This document shows positions 39,202 through 48,906 of a stretch of 60,714 nt of DNA, piece after piece (the stretch's first letter is position 1; each line of letters begins with the position of its first letter). This DNA comes from a virus. Its lineage: Duplodnaviria; Caudoviricetes. The stretch lies in IMG/VR virus record IMGVR_UViG_3300010354_000094, positions 1-60,714 of that record; one strand, 5' to 3'. The position numbers and the translations under genes were made by a program. The notes below the pieces were generated by a model. It ran no database searches. It was not told the DNA's origin and saw only the letters and a list, made by a program, of their open reading frames with translations.

Positions 39202-39679
39202 GATTATATTCTTTTATAGTATACGGTATAGGTTCATTAAATGTAGCATGTTCTATGACTTTTGTAAAGTTTTCTTTAACATAATTGTAATTAAAAAATG
39301 TATCGCACGGATATTCCATATCAATTTCTGTTACGTAAAATCTGTCTACTATATCTAAATAGTGTTGATATACTACACTACCGCCTATGATATAAATTTG
39401 CTTATACGGATAAAGCATTTTGCAATAACCTAAAAGCCAATCTGTATCATTAGATGATGCGTCACATCCAAGAATTTTATTTTTGCTTAATACTAAATTA
39501 ATTCTATTTGGCAATGGCTTCGAACCAATACTTTCCCAAGTTTTACGACCCATGATAACAATTTGATCTGTTGTCTTTTCTTTAAACCATTTAAGGTCAC
39601 CTGAGAGGCGAGGCCAGGGCATAGAACCATTTAATCCTATACCCTGGTTACGATCTACTGCTACTATACAGTTAATCAT
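39194..39679 (-). CDS. folA: Dihydrofolate reductase
   Basis: GIG..GSMPW, MGRKTWESI, PLPNRINLVLS, IIGG, CDTFF. Confidence 0.95.
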   Translation of the reverse strand: MINCIVAVDRNQGIGLNGSMPWPRLSGDLKWFKEKTTDQIVIMGRKTWESIGSKPLPNRINLVLSKNKILGCDASSNDTDWLLGYCKMLYPYKQIYIIGGSVVYQHYLDIVDRFYVTEIDMEYPCDTFFNYNYVKENFTKVIEHATFNEPIPYTIKEYNHE

Positions 39680-40275
39680 TCAACTGCTTCTTTGGCCTTT
39701 GTAGATTTCTTTTTTGGAGGATCAATTTCGTCTGCTTGCTTACGAAGTTGCTGAGCCTGTTTGAATAGTGCGTCTGCTCGTGATCTCATTTCCGAAGCAG
39801 ACAACTCAAATCCACCGTCATTAATTTTAGGACTTGTATCTACCGCAGGAATATTTTCTGTTACACTTTCTTTAGATGAAACTTTTTTCTGAGATCCATC
39901 TGTAACAGCAAGATCCTCTACTGATACTCCTTTTTGTTTAGCAATCAATTCATTTAATTCGTTTAAAGGAATTGAAGTTTTAGAATCGGGAGTAACAAGA
40001 ACCATGTTTGTAGGAACTTTAACTAGATGACCGTTGGAATGAAGATAACCCAACATATTGGAACCATCTGGGAAACGTCTTATAGATAAAATATCTGCAA
40101 GCTCGTTTGTTTGCTGGCCCATGTCTCCTTCGATTACAGCCATTAGAGAGTCGTGATAACTGTCTACAAGACCGTTTGTTCCTATAACTAAAGAGCTATA
40201 AGGATCACCCGGTAAGGTCCTATAAACAATAGCTACCCTTGCCGAGTTATTTTTCATTTTACCAACGTGTTTCAT
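39676..40275 (-). CDS. Hypothetical protein
   Basis: 199-aa ORF with AAGGAG RBS, in operon. Confidence 0.7.
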   Translation of the reverse strand: MKHVGKMKNNSARVAIVYRTLPGDPYSSLVIGTNGLVDSYHDSLMAVIEGDMGQQTNELADILSIRRFPDGSNMLGYLHSNGHLVKVPTNMVLVTPDSKTSIPLNELNELIAKQKGVSVEDLAVTDGSQKKVSSKESVTENIPAVDTSPKINDGGFELSASEMRSRADALFKQAQQLRKQADEIDPPKKKSTKAKEAVE

Positions 40276-40287
40276 ACCATTCTCCTT

Positions 40288-40518
40288 TTAGACGCCGTTT
40301 GATTGTTGTTCAGCTGTCTGTTGCGGTGAAACGGCATTTAGAAAGGAATCTAACTTATTGTAGACAGTGCCAACTGCGGCCATTTCGCTAGCACCAAATG
40401 CTCCTCGTCTAGAAGCCGCATCAATAATAGCTCTAATATTTTGCAAGTCAGTGACAGTTAACTCAGGCGATGGTGCTGCCTGTTCGCCTTGAATACCTTG
40501 TACTTCTTCGTTTGACAT
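40288..40518 (-). CDS. Hypothetical protein
   Basis: AGGAG RBS; IIDAASRRGAF motif. Confidence 0.7.
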   Translation of the reverse strand: MSNEEVQGIQGEQAAPSPELTVTDLQNIRAIIDAASRRGAFGASEMAAVGTVYNKLDSFLNAVSPQQTAEQQSNGV

Positions 40519-40529
40519 TTATAATTCTC

Positions 40530-40811
40530 CTATTTCTTATGTATAAATGGACATCCTAAACTCAGCATCGTAAGCTCTTTAGGATCTTCGATGCCTATCT
40601 CGCAGGCTTCTATCATTTTATTGTTAGAGCTTACAATATAAGTTTTCTTTAAACAATATCGACTATTCAAATTTTGATATATCCAAGTATCTATATTTGC
40701 CATTTCGCTGATATTGTCAATATAAGTTTTGGCAAAATGCGGAGGTGTAAAACCTAGCTTTCTTACACCTAGCAAGTTTAGTGGGTTGATACTACCTCTG
40801 CTTAATGCCAT
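40530..40811 (-). CDS. Hypothetical protein
   Basis: ORF in operon. Confidence 0.6.
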   Translation of the reverse strand: MALSRGSINPLNLLGVRKLGFTPPHFAKTYIDNISEMANIDTWIYQNLNSRYCLKKTYIVSSNNKMIEACEIGIEDPKELTMLSLGCPFIHKK

Positions 40812-40823
40812 TATATACCTATA

Positions 40824-42074
40824 TTATTTATAATACGCAGTTTGACCAAACGGAGAAATGATTGATTCATTGCCATGAATGACAAATAACGTATCACAGT
40901 ATTCCTCATCGCCCCAACTTCCGCAAGGATATCCGTCTGTAAACATAATGAATTTTTTGGGCTCGATACCTTGATCCTTCATAAAAGTCCAGTTTACATC
41001 AAAGTCTGTACCTCCACCACCGGCTACCTTGTAGTCTAGGATTTCGTCGGCAGTGTCTCCGGTAAATTTAGCATAGTTGTATACATCAGTATCAAAGCAC
41101 CAAATATCCAAAGTAAAGTCTACGTATTCATCCATAATGCCTTTGACTTCTGAGATAAAATCTTTAGCCATAGCATCTGAAATACTTCCGCTCATATCGA
41201 TTGCAATGCTTACATCAATTGTTTCGTCATTGAGCATTCCAGGAAGGATAGCACCGCAATGCTGACTTTTACGATTTGGACGAGCAAAACTGAAGTTACT
41301 CTTAAGAATACTTTGAATGTTCATACGCAAGAGCTGACGCCAGTCCATTTTAGGTTCCGTAAGGTCCTGGATCATACGTGCTACGCCTGCCGGAACCTTA
41401 CCTGCGCCGGCACTTTGCGCCGCGGCAATCATTGCTTCTTTGATTTCGTCACGGATCTTTTTACGTTCTTCAGCACTAATTCGTGGGGGCCCGTTACCTT
41501 CTTTATTCCCGTTATCACCATCTTCACCGTCACCGTCACCGTCGAGGTGCTCATCTAAAAGCTCACCGAGGGTACCAATATCAATTTTTTGAGCTTTGTC
41601 GTAGATGTCTTGATAAATTTGCTCGTAGCTCCAGCCTCTATATTTGTTGTCTTGGAAAATTTTAATCCAAGTAGGCACTTCGCCAATCTTTTCATCTTTG
41701 AGAATTTGATTAACTGCAAAGTCTGCCGCAATATTAGAGATCTGGGGATCACGTCCGTCACGACGACCGAGGTGATCAAAGACATTATGAAGAACTTCGT
41801 GAGCAAAGCCAAACTCTGCTTCTTTAGGTTTGAGTTTATCTACAAATTCTAAATTGTAATAAAAGGTACGACCGTCAGTGGCTAAAGTAGCACACCAATC
41901 GCTAGCTTCTACTAGCTTCATACGTGTAGCAAGATTTCCAAAGAACGGATGGCGAAGGAGTAAACCAACTCGAGCAGTAATCAATTTATCTAGAATTTTG
42001 TTCTTTTCGTTTTCGCTAAAAGTCTTAGTTTTTTTAGGCTTACGGATCTTTTCGGTTTTCATCACTGAAGTCAT
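40824..42074 (-). CDS. HExxH metallopeptidase-like / VWA domain protein (MoxR partner)
   Basis: TLATDG, AHEVLH, NIAADFAVN; VWA MIDAS DMSGS, GGGTDF and FTDG. Confidence 0.9.
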   Translation of the reverse strand: MTSVMKTEKIRKPKKTKTFSENEKNKILDKLITARVGLLLRHPFFGNLATRMKLVEASDWCATLATDGRTFYYNLEFVDKLKPKEAEFGFAHEVLHNVFDHLGRRDGRDPQISNIAADFAVNQILKDEKIGEVPTWIKIFQDNKYRGWSYEQIYQDIYDKAQKIDIGTLGELLDEHLDGDGDGEDGDNGNKEGNGPPRISAEERKKIRDEIKEAMIAAAQSAGAGKVPAGVARMIQDLTEPKMDWRQLLRMNIQSILKSNFSFARPNRKSQHCGAILPGMLNDETIDVSIAIDMSGSISDAMAKDFISEVKGIMDEYVDFTLDIWCFDTDVYNYAKFTGDTADEILDYKVAGGGGTDFDVNWTFMKDQGIEPKKFIMFTDGYPCGSWGDEEYCDTLFVIHGNESIISPFGQTAYYK

Positions 42075-42098
42075 ATCTATCCTCTTAAGTATTGTATT

Positions 42099-42127
42099 AT
42101 TATATACTCAAAATTAACATTTTGCAA
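42099..42127 (-). promoter_or_regulatory. Sigma70-like promoter for VWA gene
   Basis: TTGCAA-17 nt-TATAAT. Confidence 0.6.
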
Positions 42128-42129
42128 GT

Positions 42130-42151
42130 AAAAAAGGGCCCTAATGGGCCC
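42130..42151 (-). terminator. Rho-independent terminator after MoxR gene
   Basis: GGGCCC-ATTA-GGGCCC followed by a T-run on the minus strand, immediately after the stop. Confidence 0.8.
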
Positions 42152-42155
42152 AATT

Positions 42156-43238
42156 TTATCCCTCCATTGCTTGGATAATGTATTTTCCATATTTGTCATG
42201 GAACTTATCAAAGTGTTTGAGCTTACTAGCATCGAACGGCAAATTGTAGTTAGTAAGAGCTACCTTAGCACCCATAACAACAAGCTCTGTTGGAAAATTA
42301 TCCATCATGAACTTGAAGAAATTGTCAGCCATATCGTCCCAAGCTTTGACTTTTTTCTTGTCTGCTTCTTGAAGCTCGTAGCAAAGGCTAATGGTCAAAG
42401 AGTACATAGCAGAGATTTCTTTGATATTGCACTTATCGACCTTACCAGAAAGAATTTCTGTAGGGTTAGGCATCTGTTTGGCTACTTTGCGGTGAGCCAT
42501 AAACTTAACAGCAAGGCCTTCTCCAACCGCACCTGCAACCAAATCAGTCAAAGTATTTTCTGGCAAGTCTTCGTCTTGCAAAAGTTCGCTTACAAAACTC
42601 CAAGAACGAGGCGTAGCAAATGAGCGGCTAGCAGATTTTGGATCAAAGTCGTAAAGGTCTTGCTTGGCAAAACCAACATAGCCTACAACCTGTTCATGAA
42701 CCTTGTTGTTAGTAGCCCATTGCAACCAATCTTCAAAATCTGTACGTAGTTCCAAATGCAGGAAACGGTTTGCCAGCGGCGCAGGCATACGGTAGGTAAC
42801 ACCTTTGTCGGTTTCACGGTTACCTGCGGCAACAATCGAAACACCTTTGGGCAATACGTAAGTACCAACACGACGGTTCAGTACCAATTGATAAGCGGCT
42901 GCTTGAGTAGCAGGCGCCGCAGAGTTCAGCTCGTCCAAGAAAAGAATTGCTGTAGAATCTGGATCAGTAGGCAGTTCTGCTGGAGGTGCCCAGCTCATGG
43001 TGTTGGCTTGACTATTGTAATACGGGATACCTTTGATGTCAGTAGGTTCCCAAAGACTCAAGCGAACGTCAATAACTTCGCGTTCTTGTTCGTCACCGAT
43101 TTGTTTAACAATATCGGACTTACCGATACCTGGGGGACCCCACATAAAAACCGGACGCTTAATCTTAATACATTTACGCAATGCCGCCTTAGCTTCGTTA
43201 GGGCTTACAGTACGATTGGAACTAATTTTCTCTGCCAT
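42156..43238 (-). CDS. MoxR/AAA+ ATPase
   Basis: Walker A GPPGIGKS, Walker B LFLDE, AAGNR, PLANRF, TPRSW. Confidence 0.92.
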   Translation of the reverse strand: MAEKISSNRTVSPNEAKAALRKCIKIKRPVFMWGPPGIGKSDIVKQIGDEQEREVIDVRLSLWEPTDIKGIPYYNSQANTMSWAPPAELPTDPDSTAILFLDELNSAAPATQAAAYQLVLNRRVGTYVLPKGVSIVAAGNRETDKGVTYRMPAPLANRFLHLELRTDFEDWLQWATNNKVHEQVVGYVGFAKQDLYDFDPKSASRSFATPRSWSFVSELLQDEDLPENTLTDLVAGAVGEGLAVKFMAHRKVAKQMPNPTEILSGKVDKCNIKEISAMYSLTISLCYELQEADKKKVKAWDDMADNFFKFMMDNFPTELVVMGAKVALTNYNLPFDASKLKHFDKFHDKYGKYIIQAMEG

Positions 43239-43270
43239 TTTTGCCTCTTAAAAAGTGTTAGTGTTCTATT

Positions 43271-43299
43271 ATTATACGGTCACTTTCAGGCAAAGTCAA
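43271..43299 (-). promoter_or_regulatory. Sigma70-like promoter for MoxR gene
   Basis: TTGACT-17 nt-TATAAT. Confidence 0.75.
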
Positions 43300-43303
43300 T
43301 GAT

Positions 43304-43696
43304 TTATTTGTTGTTTTTTTGCGACAGATGCTTGGATTCTAGATATTTTGGTAAATTTCCGTCAAATAAAACCAATTCTATTGCTACTCGTTCTTTAAAA
43401 ACTGTTATGTACTTATAATCTAAGTAAAACGGGCAGTCTATGAATTTGTCTAATCTTAATATAAATTGGCTAGAAAGGGAATTAAGTGGAGTTGGGTACG
43501 TTATTTTATAAGATTTTAATTTTAGTTTAGATTCAAAATCCTCTAAACCTCTTTCCGTTAACCGAAATCCATAGTTTTTATTTTTTCTTGGATTCTGCCA
43601 CCAAAGATAATGCCAGTCAGTGATATTTTTGGCAGTTGTTTCTATGCCTAATTGCTCTAAAAAAGTCTTAGTCAGTTGAATTTTTTGATTCGTCAT
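43304..43696 (-). CDS. Hypothetical protein
   Basis: ORF in operon; WWQNPR...RLTERG. Confidence 0.6.
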   Translation of the reverse strand: MTNQKIQLTKTFLEQLGIETTAKNITDWHYLWWQNPRKNKNYGFRLTERGLEDFESKLKLKSYKITYPTPLNSLSSQFILRLDKFIDCPFYLDYKYITVFKERVAIELVLFDGNLPKYLESKHLSQKNNK

Positions 43697-43979
43697 CTTT
43701 TACAGTTTCGCCGCTGGTAAGTTTTACCACAGAAAAATCCTCACAGCTAAAAATTTTATTGAGTTTTTCTGCTAAATTGAAGGCATGTCCGCTATTCGAG
43801 AAGCTTACCTTCTTATATTTTGGGCCAATCTGTTGAGCTACAATACTGGTAGTCTTGAGATTAACTGGTTTGTTTTTATAAAATACGGCCCAGATGGCTT
43901 CGGCTTCTAGAACCTGTTCGGTTTTATAAGTTTTTTTATTTGTAAGCTCTAGAAGAACTTTTGGTTTAGGCCTTGACAT
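43668..43979 (-). CDS. Hypothetical protein
   Basis: MSRPKP start with GGAG RBS; PKYKKVSFSNSGHAFNLA; TAAATA upstream at 44008-44013. Confidence 0.65.
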   Translation of the reverse strand: MSRPKPKVLLELTNKKTYKTEQVLEAEAIWAVFYKNKPVNLKTTSIVAQQIGPKYKKVSFSNSGHAFNLAEKLNKIFSCEDFSVVKLTSGETVKDDESKNSTD

Positions 43980-44021
43980 ATATGTACGCTCCAATTCTCT
44001 ACGTACATATTTATCAGCTTT

Positions 44022-44246
44022 TTATAGATTTCCGCCATCCATTTTAACTGTGACTTGCAGATTATCAGGCTTGTTTGTTATTTCTGTAGATAATTTGCTA
44101 ACTAGTCTTGTCATAACAACACTTAGACATTCACTTAGTATCTGCGCTTCTTTTACGTCTAAAACTAACGTTTTAGAACCGTTTTTGCCTGCAATCCTGG
44201 CCTTTTCTAGAAAGTTTTCTATTGGTAATGTGTTAATATTGTTCAT
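44022..44246 (-). CDS. Hypothetical protein
   Basis: ORF overlapping upstream gene by 4 nt. Confidence 0.55.
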   Translation of the reverse strand: MNNINTLPIENFLEKARIAGKNGSKTLVLDVKEAQILSECLSVVMTRLVSKLSTEITNKPDNLQVTVKMDGGNL

Positions 44247-44719
44247 TTATCTTTACCTGTAATGTTTAGAGCATTCTTCATCTGTTCCTCTGTTTTAAAA
44301 GGACCTTGATAAGGATATCTTTCTAAGGTAATTAACTTTGGACAATAGCTTTTGACCCATCCTTTTCTAAATTTAATGATGTAATAACCTGCACAGTACA
44401 GACTTTTACTTTTTAAACTCTTAGAATATATAGGAAGTTTCTTTTTAATATTGTATACTGGATTATGTGGTCTGCTAGAACAAGGAAAATCATAGACATT
44501 ATGGTCTATGGTTGATCCTTTATCTTTTTTTACTGTTCCAGTTTCTGGTAAAGTTATACCCAATGTCTGGGAAATATCGGATTTTTTAATTTCAATTTTC
44601 TGCCCTTTGACAAGAAAGGTGTATCCTTTCTTTTCTTTGTTCAGAGTACCTACTTTTTTACCACCATCCTCTACTAGCCAAGTTTTATTTGGTATTAAAA
44701 TTTTTGCAATAGCACTCAT
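44243..44719 (-). CDS. Hypothetical protein
   Basis: YCAGYY...CPKLITLERY.YQGPFKT; coupled overlap with neighbours. Confidence 0.65.
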   Translation of the reverse strand: MSAIAKILIPNKTWLVEDGGKKVGTLNKEKKGYTFLVKGQKIEIKKSDISQTLGITLPETGTVKKDKGSTIDHNVYDFPCSSRPHNPVYNIKKKLPIYSKSLKSKSLYCAGYYIIKFRKGWVKSYCPKLITLERYPYQGPFKTEEQMKNALNITGKDK

Positions 44720-45702
44720 ACCATATACCTCGCATTTAATGGTTCTGCATAATTTTGCACGTTCTCACTGATTTTGACTAAATCATATTCTGAGCAAAAC
44801 TTCAAAAGGCGAATTCCAACTTGACTAACATTCTTAGCAGAGGAAATAGCCTCGTCGATTGTTCTATTAATCTCTAATTTAATGTTTTCTGGCTGGCAAG
44901 TAAGATCGCATAATAGTTTATTACGCTCATAACACTCTTTTACTCTATGCTCTTGACCGTCATGGTCGACCCAACGTTGTAGCATAAGATTGTTCCACGC
45001 CCATCCTTTGTTATTTCTATCTTCAAATGCATCTTGAAGACCAACTTTGTTCTTAGTTCCTTTGGTTCTAACACCTGGATATGCACTAAAAATGTTATCG
45101 GATGTATCACCTCTCATGCATTTCTCAAACAACAGCCATTCCGGATTAGGCGCAGACTTTACAGTTTTAGTTTTTGGATCTACTACAGCCTTTCCCTTTT
45201 CGTCAAAATACCCTTCGTGTGTAGTAGTGATACCAGACACACCGTTATACTGTCGAACATTCGGAGCAATTAGTTGAGCAAAGTCACCGTCTGTGGAAAT
45301 AATTACGTGATTATCGTTAGGATGTTTTGCAATCCAACCTGCAATGAGATCATCTGCTTCTAATTGAGAATTATGTAGTACGGTACAGTTAGTCTTAGCA
45401 TTGATAAAATCTTTGAACTGGTCAAATGTTTCCCAAAATAATTTATCTTCTTCCTGTTCTTTTGGACTCAGTGCCGCACGAGCTTCAGATCTGTTTCTTT
45501 TGTATGGAGCATAATGATCCTTACGCCAACTACGTCCCTCTAGTGCAAAGATAACGTGACTCCCGTTAAAATCTTTCCATGCCTTTTTAATAGAGTTTAA
45601 TGTAATGTGCATAGCCATGCCTACCTTTTCTTCGGCATTTCCTCTAATCACATGACGTGCTCTAAAAAATGTGTTAGCTGTATCTACTAAAATATAAGTC
45701 AT
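44716..45702 (-). CDS. rnh: T4 RNase H-like 5'-3' exonuclease (PIN/FEN fold)
   Basis: ILVD, SWRK, YKRNR, EADDLI, ISTDGDFAQL, GDTSDNI. Confidence 0.9.
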   Translation of the reverse strand: MTYILVDTANTFFRARHVIRGNAEEKVGMAMHITLNSIKKAWKDFNGSHVIFALEGRSWRKDHYAPYKRNRSEARAALSPKEQEEDKLFWETFDQFKDFINAKTNCTVLHNSQLEADDLIAGWIAKHPNDNHVIISTDGDFAQLIAPNVRQYNGVSGITTTHEGYFDEKGKAVVDPKTKTVKSAPNPEWLLFEKCMRGDTSDNIFSAYPGVRTKGTKNKVGLQDAFEDRNNKGWAWNNLMLQRWVDHDGQEHRVKECYERNKLLCDLTCQPENIKLEINRTIDEAISSAKNVSQVGIRLLKFCSEYDLVKISENVQNYAEPLNARYMV

Positions 45703-46184
45703 TAACTTATCTCTGATTTTCCATTGCCAATATTATTAACATTGATATATCCAGAACCTCTTCTTTCCATATCAACACCTTGTTCTGCACCGATATTCCT
45801 ACAAAGATCTTGAAACCAAGCATCTACAATTTGTTCTTCAGACGAACCAGAATATCCTGCTAACTTTAATTGTACAACAAAATACTCATTCCAGTCAAGT
45901 TCAAAAAAACCGTTCCTAACATTATCCTTGTTAATTTTAGTATCCAACACAGCTACCCAAGGTTCTTGATTTTTTGTAGCTTCTTCTTTGGATAAAGGAG
46001 ATGCACTGACAGTATTCAGCTTTTCTAGTTTGGCTTCAACTTCTTTTTTAGCTTGCTCAGCTTCTTCAAATTTGGCTTCAACTTCTTTTTTAGCTTGCTC
46101 AGCTTCTTCAAATTTTCTTTGGGTTTCTGCAATGGCTTTTTCCATCTCGTCTATGCCAAAAATTTTCTTAATTAAATTCTTCAT
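45702..46184 (-). CDS. Hypothetical protein with coiled coil
   Basis: Likely start MKNLIKK; EPWVAV...GFFELDWN motif. Confidence 0.65.
   Translation of the reverse strand: MKNLIKKIFGIDEMEKAIAETQRKFEEAEQAKKEVEAKFEEAEQAKKEVEAKLEKLNTVSASPLSKEEATKNQEPWVAVLDTKINKDNVRNGFFELDWNEYFVVQLKLAGYSGSSEEQIVDAWFQDLCRNIGAEQGVDMERRGSGYINVNNIGNGKSEIS
46029..46115. repeat. Perfect 42-bp tandem duplication
   Basis: TTTGGCTTCAACTTCTTTTTTAGCTTGCTCAGCTTCTTCAAA x2, encoding (KFEEAEQAKKEVEA)x2. Confidence 0.9.
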
Positions 46185-46185
46185 A

Positions 46186-47043
46186 TTAAGTACCCCATTC
46201 ATTTTTAAATAACGGAACCTGAAGCCTGTCACTGTATCTTAGCCCATGCTTCATACAGGCTAGTGCCACGTTTTTATTATTTAGGCTGTATACACTTTCT
46301 ACACCACCTACAGGCATGAGATATACTTCGCCCTCAAATCCTTCTTTACGGTATTCATCGATTGCTCTTAGTGCATCTTCGATGTCTTGTTCCGAAGCAA
46401 CAACAAATTTTAGATAAGTCCACCCAATATTTTGATAATCACAGACTACACTTGGCTTTATGGCATCTTCCCAAGGTTCACCGCTAACTGGAAGTTTAGC
46501 ACTAACACTAAAAGTAATTTCTCGATCAATAAATCCTTCGTGGCGCCATTTCCATTCTTCTAAATATTTTTTAAAGTCTTTAGTTAACCTCATCGAACCA
46601 TTTGTTTCGAACGTAATTTCTTTGAGTGTGTCCATCTTAGGATGATCTAGTAAATCGGGGTATGCCTTTTGCCAACCTAACAAAGGTTCTCCTCCGGTAA
46701 TAACTAAATGTTCTCTGGTCCACTTCTTGAATGGGAGGAGCTCAACGATTGCTTCCGCAACACTATCTGTTGTAAGTAACGGTGAAAGATCTTTGAACCT
46801 AGGATCCCAGCTAGCATAAGAATCGCAACCGGTATGAACAAGAGGTAAATCTCTATATTGTTTATACTGTTCAATATTAGTTGCAATAATGTTTCGTTCA
46901 TTTGATTTTTCTCCTCTAGGCATTCCGAAACCGTCGCAGGTAAAATTACATCCAAAGGTTCGTAAAAAGATAGAAGGGACGCCCATATAACGTCCTTCAC
47001 CTTGTACACTGTAAAACAGTTCGCTGACTTTTAATTTACTCAT
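46186..47043 (-). CDS. queE: 7-carboxy-7-deazaguanine synthase (radical SAM)
   Basis: ELFYSVQGEG, FLRTFGCNFTC...CDS, ITGGEPL, FETNG, KFVV, RLQV.LF. Confidence 0.9.
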   Translation of the reverse strand: MSKLKVSELFYSVQGEGRYMGVPSIFLRTFGCNFTCDGFGMPRGEKSNERNIIATNIEQYKQYRDLPLVHTGCDSYASWDPRFKDLSPLLTTDSVAEAIVELLPFKKWTREHLVITGGEPLLGWQKAYPDLLDHPKMDTLKEITFETNGSMRLTKDFKKYLEEWKWRHEGFIDREITFSVSAKLPVSGEPWEDAIKPSVVCDYQNIGWTYLKFVVASEQDIEDALRAIDEYRKEGFEGEVYLMPVGGVESVYSLNNKNVALACMKHGLRYSDRLQVPLFKNEWGT

Positions 47044-47308
47044 AAATTTTTGACCATATTTTAAGTTTATCTGCTTTGTGTTGCTGAGCTATTTCTAATT
47101 CTTCTTTAGAAAATATCCCATTGTCAACTAAAAGATTAATCATTAGCATAACATCACCTGCTTCTTGAGTCAAGTGTTGTCGTTGGGTTCCGCCATCTTT
47201 ATAACTGTTATCTAAACCAAATCGTCTAACCTTACTGGCGGATACTATCAATTCTCCACATTCTTCTTGTAGTATATCTAAAATTTCTTGTATTTTATTT
47301 TGATTCAT
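47036..47308 (-). CDS. MazG-like nucleotide pyrophosphohydrolase
   Basis: LQEECGELI...EAGDV all-alpha NTP-PPase motif. Confidence 0.75.
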   Translation of the reverse strand: MNQNKIQEILDILQEECGELIVSASKVRRFGLDNSYKDGGTQRQHLTQEAGDVMLMINLLVDNGIFSKEELEIAQQHKADKLKIWSKIYE

Positions 47309-48321
47309 TTTAAAAATAGATCGTTAATTTGTCTGTTTACACGCAAAAAGGTAGTGCATTTACTTAGGTGTTTAAGTTCTTGAGCTCCTACGTATGTACA
47401 AGTACTGCGAAGTCCGCCTAATAAATCTAACACAGTATGCTTTACAGGACCACGATAATCAATTTCAACAGTTCTTCCTTCACTGCTACGATATTCTGCA
47501 ATACCACCGTGATGTTTTTCCATAGCAGTATCGCTACTCATACCGTAAAATATAACTTTACCGTTTTCAATAATTCCACCGCCCTCATCATGGCCGGCAA
47601 ACATGCCACCTAACATTACAAAGTCGGCACCTGCACCAAAAGCCTTAGCCACGTCACCGGGACAAGTACAGCCACCGTCAGCAATAATATGGCCACCAAG
47701 ACCATGAGCAGCATCAGCACATTCAATGATCGCGGAGAGTTGCGGATAGCCCACTCCAGTCTGGATGCGAGTAGTACATACACTACCAGGACCAATACCA
47801 ACTTTGACAATATCGGCTCCACGTAATATTAACTCCTGTGTCATATCTGCTGTAACAACATTGCCGGCAATAATAGTTCTATCTGGCCAGCGATTTCTAA
47901 CCCGTTCGACAAAGTCACCAAAATGTTCACTGTATCCATTAGCTACATCTATACAGATAAACTGAGCACCGATACCTGTAATGATAGTATTTAGATTTCT
48001 AAAATCTTCATCGCTAGTACCTGTGCTAACGGCATAATTGTCACGGCAAACTCGAAAGTCTGCAAAATTGTCTATATCTTTATTATAGTTTTTAGTTAGG
48101 CAAGTAAACAGTCTTTGCTTATGTAATGCCATAGCCATATTAATTGTACCAACACCATCCATGTTAGCAGCCATAATAGGTACACCCTCGTACTCATATT
48201 TGCTATGTTTAAATTTAAAAAATCTTACAAGGTCAACTTCACGACGACTTGACAAAGTTGATCTTTTAGGTCTAATTAATACATCTTTAAAATCTAATTT
48301 AATTTCGTCTTCTATTCTCAT
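47305..48321 (-). CDS. guaC: GMP reductase
   Basis: [57 protein letters not shown]. Confidence 0.95.
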   Translation of the reverse strand: MRIEDEIKLDFKDVLIRPKRSTLSSRREVDLVRFFKFKHSKYEYEGVPIMAANMDGVGTINMAMALHKQRLFTCLTKNYNKDIDNFADFRVCRDNYAVSTGTSDEDFRNLNTIITGIGAQFICIDVANGYSEHFGDFVERVRNRWPDRTIIAGNVVTADMTQELILRGADIVKVGIGPGSVCTTRIQTGVGYPQLSAIIECADAAHGLGGHIIADGGCTCPGDVAKAFGAGADFVMLGGMFAGHDEGGGIIENGKVIFYGMSSDTAMEKHHGGIAEYRSSEGRTVEIDYRGPVKHTVLDLLGGLRSTCTYVGAQELKHLSKCTTFLRVNRQINDLFLK

Positions 48322-48906
48322 TTATTTCCACCATATTTCGTAAGGAAATTCGACCCATACATCTTGTTCTGCTTTGTTTATCTCCATACCAACATAGTCC
48401 ATTTTAACATTACATTGGCTAGCAAGATTATCTACAATTACTGCAAATCTTACATTGTTGTTCCACACCCATTTCCAGTCTGGATCGTTGGGTAAACAAC
48501 TACTAGGCCAGTCCTTCATAATCCAGTTAAATGTAGCGCCTGTGTCGTTGATATCATCGACGATTAGAATGTTTTTGTAAGGAGCAGATCTTTCTAATAA
48601 ATTACCTGCGGCTTCTAATACAGCACCAATGTCATTTTCATCTTCTACAAATGTTTCTTGTTTAGGATAACCTAATGCATCTTCGGCCATACCGCAATCA
48701 CTAACAAGTTCTCCTCCATCCCTAAGACTTACCATTAAGGTTTTCATAGGAATATTAAAGTAATGACTAATCATAACTGCGGGGAGTAATCCTCCCCTGT
48801 TAATACCGATAATATAATCCGGTTTCCACTCACTGATAGAAATTTTCCTACAAATTTCTGTAACTAGACCTCGAAATTGATCATAGTTAATTGTTTGCTT
48901 TTTCAT
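48322..48906 (-). CDS. Type I purine phosphoribosyltransferase (Gpt-like)
   Basis: IIGINRGGL, PRPP loop ILIVDDINDTGAT, WVEFPYE. Confidence 0.85.
   Translation of the reverse strand: MKKQTINYDQFRGLVTEICRKISISEWKPDYIIGINRGGLLPAVMISHYFNIPMKTLMVSLRDGGELVSDCGMAEDALGYPKQETFVEDENDIGAVLEAAGNLLERSAPYKNILIVDDINDTGATFNWIMKDWPSSCLPNDPDWKWVWNNNVRFAVIVDNLASQCNVKMDYVGMEINKAEQDVWVEFPYEIWWK

Noticed and set aside
42756-43418. 220-aa plus-strand ORF and the many other short opposite-strand ORFs in the track
   Set aside because: Antisense shadows of well-supported genes, with no motifs or RBS.
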